Positions 8,948-16,415 of a stretch of DNA of 32,000 nt are shown one piece after another (position 1 is the stretch's first letter; each line of letters begins with the position of its first letter). The translations under genes were made by a program, and so were the position numbers. The notes under the pieces are model-generated. The model saw nothing but the letters and a program-made list of their open reading frames with translations. It was not told the DNA's origin and made no database searches. The DNA lies in contig NC_010085.1 of the NCBI RefSeq assembly GCF_000018465.1, positions 840,001-872,000 on the forward strand, given 5' to 3'. Origin of the DNA: Nitrosopumilus maritimus SCM1. Its GTDB lineage: Archaea > Thermoproteota > Nitrososphaeria > Nitrososphaerales > Nitrosopumilaceae.

Positions 8948-9716
8948 CTCCCATCTCTGAATGTTTTACAGTTGAAGATATTTCATATGTTGTTGATTCT
9001 TGCCAATCAGTTTGAATTTTTTCTGCAGAAACATCAATCAGTTCTAAAGCCAATTTCTTTTTCAATACAGCAGTGGCATTATCAAATTTTGCTTTATTAT
9101 CTTTATAATATAATGAAAACGCAGTTGCACGAAAAACAACACGTCTTACAGAACGACCATCAGAAAGTTCATTTTTAATTGTAATTTGGATGGATGCGTT
9201 TTCATATGGATCAGAATCAATATCAGAAGATACTATAGGAGATTTTGAATACTTGCACAATACACCAGAATCAGGTGCACCATACAAGGCAAATCGAGAA
9301 TCATCCAGATTACAATCAAACCAATCAAGAGAATCCTTGGTAGAATCGTGAATTACAAATATACCGATTTCAATTTGACATAAAGCGTTTATGACTACAG
9401 AAGAACCACTTGGTAGAAAAACAGGGGTAGTAAAATCAAGATAAACATAATCAGTTCTCCTAGCAGGATAGTTTAATGGTCTAATGGGACAAATTTCAAC
9501 CTGAATTGTTCCAGATGGTGAAGGGATGTTTTTTTCAACAATTTTTTCAGTCAGATCATTTTTTTGATACAAAAATGCGTTTTCTGAAAGTTTTTTAAAT
9601 TTTATTTCGGTACCGGGAAAATTAAATTCAACATCATCAGTGATAGTATAGATTCCATAATTCAAAAAATTTTGTTCTTGATCAGAACTCATATCAAAAC
9701 ATGGAATTTCACACAT
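8940..9716 (-). CDS. Conserved archaeal hypothetical (DUF432-like)
   Basis: 258 aa. Overlaps the mscS start by 8 nt. The family suggestion rests on recalled architecture and context only. Confidence 0.6.
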   Translation of the reverse strand: MCEIPCFDMSSDQEQNFLNYGIYTITDDVEFNFPGTEIKFKKLSENAFLYQKNDLTEKIVEKNIPSPSGTIQVEICPIRPLNYPARRTDYVYLDFTTPVFLPSGSSVVINALCQIEIGIFVIHDSTKDSLDWFDCNLDDSRFALYGAPDSGVLCKYSKSPIVSSDIDSDPYENASIQITIKNELSDGRSVRRVVFRATAFSLYYKDNKAKFDNATAVLKKKLALELIDVSAEKIQTDWQESTTYEISSTVKHSEMGVD

Positions 9717-9753
9717 TTATACTTGACAAGAAGAAAAAATAAGAAAGTGGGCA

Positions 9754-10653
9754 TTACTCCAAGTTTAGAGGAATACTTGCACTACCAAAGTCTTCTGCGA
9801 TTCTAAAGACATAATCTTTTGAAGAATCATATTCAAATTCGGTTCCACCATATCCAATATTTGGACCAAAGAGTATGTTAAACTCTCTTGCATCACCTGG
9901 ATTTAGCACAATTTGTCCACTGGTAAAGTCCATGCCAGAGTACTTGTAGGCCTTTGAGCCATCCCATACATCATATGCACATATTTGAGGACTAGTACAA
10001 TTTAGAGCGGCAATTTCAGAACTGGTGTTCTCAGCAAGCATTCTAACAGACAATAGAGGTTGTCCTGTAGCAGTAATCTCAAACTCATTTCCTTCAGAAC
10101 CGACTCCAGTCCAATAATATGTGATTGGTCCCAAGTCGAATTTTTGAGCTCCAGATTTGTATTCATGTACTTTGATTGCTTGTTTGAGTGGTTTTTCACA
10201 ATCTAGTCTTTTGTAGGCTTTGGTAATTTCAGAACATTGTTCAAGTTCAGCTTCTAATGATGCTAATTTTGAATCAGTGTTTTTTGGTTCATCAGACATT
10301 ATTGGTTGTTCTGATGTTAATGAAACAGAAAGTAATCCAAATTGAATCAAATGCTGTACACCGTTAACAAATTCACCATCAGAGATTGTTCCATCTGCCC
10401 ACCATCCTGCATTGTTCTTAACCCAAGCTGGGACACTATCGGCAGTTTCAGAAGATACAGTAGTGGTAGGAACTGTAATTATTCCATCAGAAATCAAAAA
10501 AGCAATTCCTGTGAGAAATTCAGATTCAGATATGACTCCTTCTGCCCACCATCCTGCATTGTTCTTAACCCAGCCTGGTACTTCAGCATATGCAGAAGAT
10601 ACAGTTGTTGCAACCAGTAAAATTGCAGCGATTGCAGTTATTGCGGTTTTCAT
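9754..10653 (-). CDS. Secreted protein with two WVKNNAGWWADGxI-type repeat modules
   Basis: Signal peptide MKTAITAIAAILLVATTVSSAYA, then VPGWVKNNAGWWAEGVISESEFLTGIAFLISDGII and VPAWVKNNAGWWADGTISDGEFVNGVQHLIQFGLL. Confidence 0.85.
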   Translation of the reverse strand: MKTAITAIAAILLVATTVSSAYAEVPGWVKNNAGWWAEGVISESEFLTGIAFLISDGIITVPTTTVSSETADSVPAWVKNNAGWWADGTISDGEFVNGVQHLIQFGLLSVSLTSEQPIMSDEPKNTDSKLASLEAELEQCSEITKAYKRLDCEKPLKQAIKVHEYKSGAQKFDLGPITYYWTGVGSEGNEFEITATGQPLLSVRMLAENTSSEIAALNCTSPQICAYDVWDGSKAYKYSGMDFTSGQIVLNPGDAREFNILFGPNIGYGGTEFEYDSSKDYVFRIAEDFGSASIPLNLE

Positions 10654-10673
10654 TAATGCATTTTTGTGCTCAT

Positions 10674-10712
10674 TGTATATAAGCTAGTGCTAAAGAATTT
10701 GACTAGTGCTAA
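10674..10712 (-). promoter_or_regulatory. Double TTAGCACTAG promoter for 9754..10653
   Basis: Minus strand: TTAGCACTAG-TCAAATTCT-TTAGCACTAG-CTTATATACA; direct repeats at 10703..10712 and 10684..10693, 19-nt period. Confidence 0.75.
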
Positions 10713-10816
10713 ATTTTTGAATTAACAGCCACTGAAACTAGTGGTAATTACATTTCTAATTGTTCTTCTTTATATGCAAACAGAATCGATCTTCAAAAGT
10801 GAATAAAAAACAAGAA

Positions 10817-11326
10817 ATGACAGGCACATCAAGATTATCAGAACACGATATCAAAGAATACGTGCTAGAAAGATTCAAAGAGGTAAAAAAAGAGAAAATA
10901 AAAAATCTTGTTTCATTTCAATCTATGAACAAATACATGATTATGGCACATAATCAAGATGAATTACAAATTTTAGGAAATATTGTTGCCGGTTACAAAA
11001 AAATTTCATTGTTAGATATAATGACAGAATATGAAAAACATCTAAAGATGGCATTAGAAAAACCGCCAACCATTAAATCACATTCTAACGTAATAATGCA
11101 TATTTTTGGGTATTTTTCAAAAAATTTCAGTCAATTAGAAAAAGAACAATTTTTCAAATTACTAAATGAGTTCAAAGGAGAAGAAATCACAATTGGAAAA
11201 ATTCTATCAGAAATAAATCCAATCATTTATCGATTCAACAACACATATCTTGCAAATCAGACATATTTTCTACTATATTCAGATCCTCAACCAGGAAATT
11301 TGTTTCACATGTTGTCTCAAAAATAA
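10817..11326 (+). CDS. Hypothetical protein
   Basis: The ORF opens at TTG 10760, but GTG 10799 or ATG 10817 is the more plausible start. No family recognised. Confidence 0.6.
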   Translation: MTGTSRLSEHDIKEYVLERFKEVKKEKIKNLVSFQSMNKYMIMAHNQDELQILGNIVAGYKKISLLDIMTEYEKHLKMALEKPPTIKSHSNVIMHIFGYFSKNFSQLEKEQFFKLLNEFKGEEITIGKILSEINPIIYRFNNTYLANQTYFLLYSDPQPGNLFHMLSQK

Positions 11327-11327
11327 A

Positions 11328-12485
11328 TCAGAAAAAGTCTGACAAAGTTTTTTGTCTCATTAGTTTGGAGATATTTCCATGTGCAAGCCATTCAGACTTG
11401 CTAATGCTTAGTTTCTCGGATGCCAAATTCAATGCATGATCAAAATTATTTGCAATTACTGGGGTTTGTTTCATTGCTTCTCTAATTCCTTCACGAACCT
11501 GCCAGACGCCTACAGGTATTGCATATTCAGGTCGGATTTCTCTTAAAATTACGGCTCCAGATTGAATCTTTTTTGCACTGAGATACTCTAAAACACCTAA
11601 TTTGGCAGCAAAATACGCACCAGCTATGGCAGGAGGATGGTCAATACCCCGGGCATCCTCAAAATCAGAGCCAAACCCTAGAATTCCATTAGAATACCAT
11701 GCCTCAACCATTTCGTATATCCATCTATGAGGGAACAAAACCACAGAGAAATGATTTCCCAAATGAGAATATGAGAAGACCTTACAAGAGTCAATTAGGG
11801 CATAATCTAATACTTCGTCAGCAAGAGATTGTGATATAATGTCATCAGTTGCAGTAATACTCCATTTTGTTGGAACGAGTTTTCTTTTTTGGCCAAGCAT
11901 TCCAATGCTAAAGCATTTTTGAATTTTTGAAATATCAATTCCAGAATTGTATAAGTTCATGACAGCATCCTGTGCCTTCAAATCTTTATCATAGTATGTC
12001 TTTTCAATAGACTTTACAGAAGAGGTTCCAGAGAATTTTGCAGATTTGATTTCCCCAACAGGACCAAATGGAGCACTTTCTCCATCAAGGGAAATGTTTG
12101 AAGATACAGATTTTTGAAATATTAAATCAGAATCAGTTGGTTTTGAAGACATTGTTACTTCTTGGAGATTTTCAATGTATCGTCCATCAGTTTTATCGAT
12201 AGATAGTTTTTGTGTGCCACGAACTAAATTCAATCTAAAGTTTACAATTTCTTCTAAAGACTTTCCCTTCCATTTTTCAGGACTGTCAAGTAAACTTGTA
12301 TCTCCATGAATTGGTGGAACCATTGGACCAACAAAGACCTTAGGATAATTGTACGACCCAACAAATACAGATGGAGGACTAGTACCACTTATTGAATCAG
12401 ATGAAAACAAATTTCCATATTTTGATAATGTCTCATGCCATTTTGTTAAAATTGAACGGCGAATATCCTGAGAGTCAGAAGACAT
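11328..12485 (-). CDS. nreA: Nre-family archaeal DNA repair protein with C-terminal PCNA-interacting box
   Basis: KYGNLF...PPSVFVGSYNYPKVFVGPMVPP...WKGKSLEEIVNFRLNLVRG...REIRPEYAIPVGVWQVREGIR. Ends RQKTLSDFF (QxxLxxFF). Confidence 0.85.
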   Translation of the reverse strand: MSSDSQDIRRSILTKWHETLSKYGNLFSSDSISGTSPPSVFVGSYNYPKVFVGPMVPPIHGDTSLLDSPEKWKGKSLEEIVNFRLNLVRGTQKLSIDKTDGRYIENLQEVTMSSKPTDSDLIFQKSVSSNISLDGESAPFGPVGEIKSAKFSGTSSVKSIEKTYYDKDLKAQDAVMNLYNSGIDISKIQKCFSIGMLGQKRKLVPTKWSITATDDIISQSLADEVLDYALIDSCKVFSYSHLGNHFSVVLFPHRWIYEMVEAWYSNGILGFGSDFEDARGIDHPPAIAGAYFAAKLGVLEYLSAKKIQSGAVILREIRPEYAIPVGVWQVREGIREAMKQTPVIANNFDHALNLASEKLSISKSEWLAHGNISKLMRQKTLSDFF

Positions 12486-12579
12486 TGAAATTAATGCTAG
12501 ATTTGTGCCTAATAACTTGACTAATTATCGAAGTTGACGAGAGGTAAACACTTGTTATTACCAAATATACAGAATCATC

Positions 12580-13506
12580 ATGACAGTAAATAGAATAGTC
12601 TCATTCTTACCTAGTGCAACAGAATTACTATACGAGTTTGGAGTTCAAAACAAAGTATACGGAGTCACACATGAATGCAAGTACCCTAGTGAGGCAATTT
12701 CTAAACCACAGGTAATTAGTTCAGTAATAGACTCTGAGAAATTATCAAGTAATGAAATCAATACACAAACATGTCAACTACTCAATGAAGGAAAAGATAT
12801 TTTCATTTTAAATGAAAAAAATCTAAAAGATGCCAATCCAGATCTTATAATTTCTCAAGAAACATGTGAGGTATGTGCAGCATATACTAATCAAGTAAAC
12901 AAAGCACTCCAAATTCTTGAGAGAAAACCAATAATTCATTCAATGGATCCTCACAACATATCAGAAATCATAGAGTCAGTTATCAAATTAGGAAAAATTT
13001 TAGAAGAAGAAAGTAAAGCAAAAGAGATTTCAGAGTCATTAGAAAAAAGAATTCAAAAAATAAAAAATAAAGTTCATACCAACATACCAAAAATTCTAGC
13101 AATCGAATGGATAGAGCCATTTTTTACAGCTGGTCATTGGGTTCCAGAAATGATAGAAATTGCTGGTGGAAAAAACACGATAAGCAAAACAGGAGAACAT
13201 TCAAGACGTATGGACTTTGAAGAAATATCAAATTCTGATGCAGACATTATAATTCTCATGCCATGTGGATTTGACACAAAACGTACAGTTTCAGAATACA
13301 AAGACATTCTAGAAAGAGATGAGAAATGGAACATGCTCAAGGCAGTGCAAAATCAGGCAGTTTTTGCAGTGGATGCCAATTCTTTTTTCAGCAAGCCCAG
13401 CATCAGAACAGTTGAGGGAATAGAGATACTTGCAAAAATAATCCATCCAGAAACATTTGATGATGTTAATGTTTCAGAAAATTCTTTTGCAAATGTTTAC
13501 CAATAA
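12580..13506 (+). CDS. Cobalamin/siderophore-type ABC substrate-binding protein (BtuF-like)
   Basis: RIVSFLPSATELLYEFGVQNKVYGVTHECKYP...DLIISQETCEVCA...PFFTAGHWVPEMIEIAGG. No obvious signal peptide. Confidence 0.85.
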   Translation: MTVNRIVSFLPSATELLYEFGVQNKVYGVTHECKYPSEAISKPQVISSVIDSEKLSSNEINTQTCQLLNEGKDIFILNEKNLKDANPDLIISQETCEVCAAYTNQVNKALQILERKPIIHSMDPHNISEIIESVIKLGKILEEESKAKEISESLEKRIQKIKNKVHTNIPKILAIEWIEPFFTAGHWVPEMIEIAGGKNTISKTGEHSRRMDFEEISNSDADIIILMPCGFDTKRTVSEYKDILERDEKWNMLKAVQNQAVFAVDANSFFSKPSIRTVEGIEILAKIIHPETFDDVNVSENSFANVYQ

Positions 13507-13512
13507 ATTTCA

Positions 13513-14892
13513 TCATAGGGGTTTACCCTTGTACTGATAATCAATTACTTTGTGGAACAAGTTATGAGATGCAATAACAGTTAATGCAACTATGAATATT
13601 CCAATAAAATTCCTTATTGTCATTAATTCATTTGGAGTAGTTGCTATCAATGAATTTTCAAAAATAACATAGTAATTGTCAAACAACCAGAACACCAAAG
13701 TAATCCAGGATAATACACCTGCTATCAAATAACCTAAACGGGTTTTGTTGTGAATTAGTATTATTGCAAATCCAATAGCAATATACCAAAAGGCAGAACC
13801 AATTAACCACATAGGTTCATAGACATCAGTTCTATCATCTAGCCAATAATAACTTGAACCAATAATAGCTAATGCAAATAGAGAAACTTGAATTAATTTT
13901 TGATTGATTTTAAACCCTGTTTTCTCCTCTTTTTGTTCCATTTGCGGAGGATCAGATTTCATTTCTTTTGTTGCGATATCAATTGCTTCACGAACGGATT
14001 TTAGATGCATAGGAATGATTTTTGTTATAGAATCGTCGGCGACAACAGTATCATGAACCAAGCTATCAATCAGAGGCCTTGCAAGTGATGCCTTTACAGG
14101 AGTGATAAGATCAACCCAATACGAAGATAGTCTAGTGGTTAGAAATGGGATTTGAATGACAAACAGATTTTTGTTCAGATATGCTGAATACACACGCATT
14201 AATTCCTCATAAGTCATTTTATCAGGACCTCCAATCTCAAAAATTTTACCCATTGTTTCAGGTTTTGATAGAGATTCAGCAAGATAACTAATCACATCAT
14301 CAACTGCAATTGGTTGGGCCAATGACTTGACCCACGAAGGACATACCATCACACTCAATCTTTCAACAAGATAACGAAGCATAGCATAAGAACCACTTTT
14401 TGCACCAATAATTATAGAAGCTCTAAATTCTGTAACAGGAATATTTCCAGATGCAAGAATTTCCCCTACTTCTTTCCTACTACGCATATGAGGTGAGAGA
14501 CCAAGACTATCATTAACTAAACCACCAAGGTAAATAATTCGTTTTACACCAGATTCTGTGGCAGCTTTGAGAAAGTTTTGAGCTTGATTATTTTCTCGTG
14601 TAGCAAATTCTTGCCAATCACCTTTATCACCTTCCATAGAGTGAAGTAAATAATATGCAGTATCAATACCAAACATTGCATTTTTTAATTCATCAAAGTT
14701 GAATGCATCTGCTTTAACATATTTTACTTTATCATTACCAGATAATTGTTTTCTACTCAGACCCTTTACAGTGTAACCTGAAGAAACAAGAGATGAAATT
14801 AATCTTGAGCCAATAAATCCCGTTGCACCAGTAACCAAGATTGAAAATGGTTTGTAATCAGAAGATTTAGATGATGAAATCACTTGTTTCAT
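13513..14892 (-). CDS. SDR-family NAD(P)-binding protein with C-terminal membrane domain
   Basis: ILVTGATGFIGSRLISSLVSSGY, YYLLHSM, IYLGGL; C-terminal half has about four hydrophobic helices. Confidence 0.85.
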   Translation of the reverse strand: MKQVISSSKSSDYKPFSILVTGATGFIGSRLISSLVSSGYTVKGLSRKQLSGNDKVKYVKADAFNFDELKNAMFGIDTAYYLLHSMEGDKGDWQEFATRENNQAQNFLKAATESGVKRIIYLGGLVNDSLGLSPHMRSRKEVGEILASGNIPVTEFRASIIIGAKSGSYAMLRYLVERLSVMVCPSWVKSLAQPIAVDDVISYLAESLSKPETMGKIFEIGGPDKMTYEELMRVYSAYLNKNLFVIQIPFLTTRLSSYWVDLITPVKASLARPLIDSLVHDTVVADDSITKIIPMHLKSVREAIDIATKEMKSDPPQMEQKEEKTGFKINQKLIQVSLFALAIIGSSYYWLDDRTDVYEPMWLIGSAFWYIAIGFAIILIHNKTRLGYLIAGVLSWITLVFWLFDNYYVIFENSLIATTPNELMTIRNFIGIFIVALTVIASHNLFHKVIDYQYKGKPL

Positions 14893-14943
14893 TTTTTATG
14901 GCACCTACGAAATATTTTACACATGGTGGGTTTTTCTTTTCAA

Positions 14944-14982
14944 ATTATTTAAACTAGTGATAATCAATTTAACTAGTGGTAA
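14944..14982 (-). promoter_or_regulatory. Double motif promoter for the SDR gene 13513..14892
   Basis: Minus strand: TTACCACTAG-TTAAATTGA-TTATCACTAG-TTTAAATAAT; 19-nt period. Confidence 0.75.
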
Positions 14983-15045
14983 AATAGCAGTTTTTGTGAC
15001 TAATTTAGGAATAAACATTTGTAAAATGGATAAGAAAGCAGTAAT

Positions 15046-15084
15046 TTAGCACTAGAAAAAGAGGTTAGCATTAGTTATATAACA
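15046..15084 (+). promoter_or_regulatory. Double motif promoter for the CarH-like gene 15102..15944
   Basis: TTAGCACTAG-AAAAAGAGG-TTAGCATTAG-TTATATAACA; 19-nt period. Confidence 0.75.
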
Positions 15085-15101
15085 TACCACTAAAGAAAAT
15101 C

Positions 15102-15944
15102 ATGGTCTACATACGAGCAAAAAAGGTAAAATCAGACCAATATCTGTATCTAGTCAAAAGTGTATGGGACTCAAAAAAGAGCACATCAAAACAAGAAATT
15201 GTCAAATATCTTGGAAAGGCATCGGAAGTTGTAAAAGATGACATTCCAATAGATTATAGAAATGATCCCAAAGTATTATCAGTTTTAGCATCTTACAATC
15301 CAAAAGATATCAAGAAAAGAGAAGACGCAACAAAGAAATCAAAACAACAACTATACAAGAAACTAACTGAAGGGAGTATTCAAGATTGTGTAAAAATTTA
15401 TGAAGAATATATTAAAATTTTTAATGCATCCGATTTCTTTGATAGAATTCTAAAACCCACAATGTATAGAATTGGTGATGAATGGTCCATAGGTAAAATC
15501 AGCATAGCCACAGAACATGTTGCAAGCAATGTTGCTCAAACACTTGTAAAAATAATAATGGACCAAGTATCATCTGGTGGAAATAAAAAGAAAATTCTCA
15601 TATGTGTTCCATTAGGAGAAGAACATCATTTAGGATGCGATGTATTAGAAACATATCTATCAATTAAAGGATTCAAAATTTTTAATATGGGAACATCAAT
15701 GCCAACAGAATCAATTCTTAGTTTCATTGACAACAATAAACCAGATGTTGTGTTGGTATCAATCACATTAGAAGACAACCTAGCAGCAGGGCAGAGATTA
15801 GTCAAAAAAATAAGTGACCATACAAACATTCCCATACTAGTTGGTGGCTATGCACTTCAAGCAAAGAAAATTCCCAAATTTACAGGCCAGATAATTCCAG
15901 ATTGCGGTCTTGAGGAAGTTCCTAAAATTTTAAGAAAGATTTAA
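15102..15944 (+). CDS. Cobalamin-binding domain protein with CarH-type photoreceptor signatures and a non-MerR N-terminus
   Basis: GDEWSIGKISIATEH (W-x9-EH) and PLGEEHHLGCDVLE (ExHxxG), then FKIFNMGTSMPTESILSFIDNNKPDVVLVSITLEDN. N-terminus MVYIRAKKVKSDQYLYLVKSVWDSKKSTSKQEIVKYLGK. Confidence 0.85.
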   Translation: MVYIRAKKVKSDQYLYLVKSVWDSKKSTSKQEIVKYLGKASEVVKDDIPIDYRNDPKVLSVLASYNPKDIKKREDATKKSKQQLYKKLTEGSIQDCVKIYEEYIKIFNASDFFDRILKPTMYRIGDEWSIGKISIATEHVASNVAQTLVKIIMDQVSSGGNKKKILICVPLGEEHHLGCDVLETYLSIKGFKIFNMGTSMPTESILSFIDNNKPDVVLVSITLEDNLAAGQRLVKKISDHTNIPILVGGYALQAKKIPKFTGQIIPDCGLEEVPKILRKI

Positions 15945-16004
15945 GTTTATTTTAAAACTGCATAGTGGTAAATTAAATCAACTTTTATTAAAATTAGTCA
16001 TAAA

Positions 16005-16043
16005 TTAGCACTAGAATCCAATTTTTTTGTTATTAAAATAAAA
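16005..16043 (+). promoter_or_regulatory. TTAGCACTAG motif plus TATA-like element for small ORF 16072
   Basis: TTAGCACTAG-AATCCAATT-TTTTTGTTAT-TAAAATAAAA. Confidence 0.6.
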
Positions 16044-16071
16044 CAAAAACAAAAGAAAAGTAGAGTATAAA

Positions 16072-16179
16072 ATGGAATCAACATATGCAGTAATTGCAGA
16101 TACAAAAAAAGAATTACTCAAAATGATATCTAAAAAAGAATGTGAACAAACGTTTGCTCTAATTGTAACCACATCGTGA
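16072..16179 (+). CDS. Candidate 35-aa small protein
   Basis: MESTYAVIADTKKELLKMISKKECEQTFALIVTTS, lying 57 nt downstream of a TTAGCACTAG promoter motif. Not in the supplied ORF track. Confidence 0.4.
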   Translation: MESTYAVIADTKKELLKMISKKECEQTFALIVTTS

Positions 16180-16204
16180 TATTATTTACAATAAAAGAAT
16201 AAAA

Positions 16205-16243
16205 TTAGCACTAGAAAAAATATTTTCTTTCTCTTAAATAATT
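16205..16243 (+). promoter_or_regulatory. TTAGCACTAG motif plus TATA-like element for the zinc-ribbon/TFB unit
   Basis: TTAGCACTAG-AAAAAATAT-TTTCTTTCTC-TTAAATAATT. Confidence 0.65.
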
Positions 16244-16261
16244 TCAAAACAAAATTAATTC

Positions 16262-16414
16262 ATGAAACAAGAATTGATTCAGGAAAATAAAAATGAATTA
16301 AAAATCAAAAATAAGAATGTAAAAATTTGTATCAATTGTGGAAATTCAAAAGTTGATTCACATGAATATGGAATTTCATGTGAAGATTGTGGTATTCTTT
16401 TGTGGAGAGAATAA
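16262..16414 (+). CDS. Orphan 50-aa zinc-ribbon protein upstream of TFB
   Basis: MKQELIQENKNELKIKNKNVKICINCGNSKVDSHEYGISCEDCGILLWRE (CxxC...CxxC). Stop 1 nt before the TFB ATG; not in the supplied ORF track. Confidence 0.65.
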   Translation: MKQELIQENKNELKIKNKNVKICINCGNSKVDSHEYGISCEDCGILLWRE

Positions 16415-16415
16415 A

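Noticed and set aside
10002-10687. ORFs 10002..10199, 10342..10620 and 10412..10687 over the WVKNNAGWW-repeat protein
   Set aside because: The two plus-strand frames show mirrored duplicated segments (CSICPPSCIVLNPSW, CPPSCIVLNPAW; SAHHPALFLTQPGT), the antisense echo of the real repeats. The minus-strand ORF 10002..10199 is an alternate-frame shadow.
15102-15220. Transposase remnant suggested by the IS1634-like N-terminal module
   Set aside because: The module is in frame and continuous with the cobalamin-binding domain. There are no transposase catalytic motifs or terminal inverted repeats, so I treat it as a co-opted domain.
15962-15971. ATAGTGGTAA (reverse TTACCACTAT) after the CarH-like gene
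   Set aside because: Two mismatches and it faces the 3' end of the CarH-like gene, with no transcription unit to control.
16338-16415. N-terminal extension of the TFB proposed by the ORF track (MEIQKLIHMNMEFHVKIVVFFCGENK)
   Set aside because: This stretch is the out-of-frame reading of the zinc-ribbon mini-ORF. ATG 16416 gives the usual compact TFB N-terminus.
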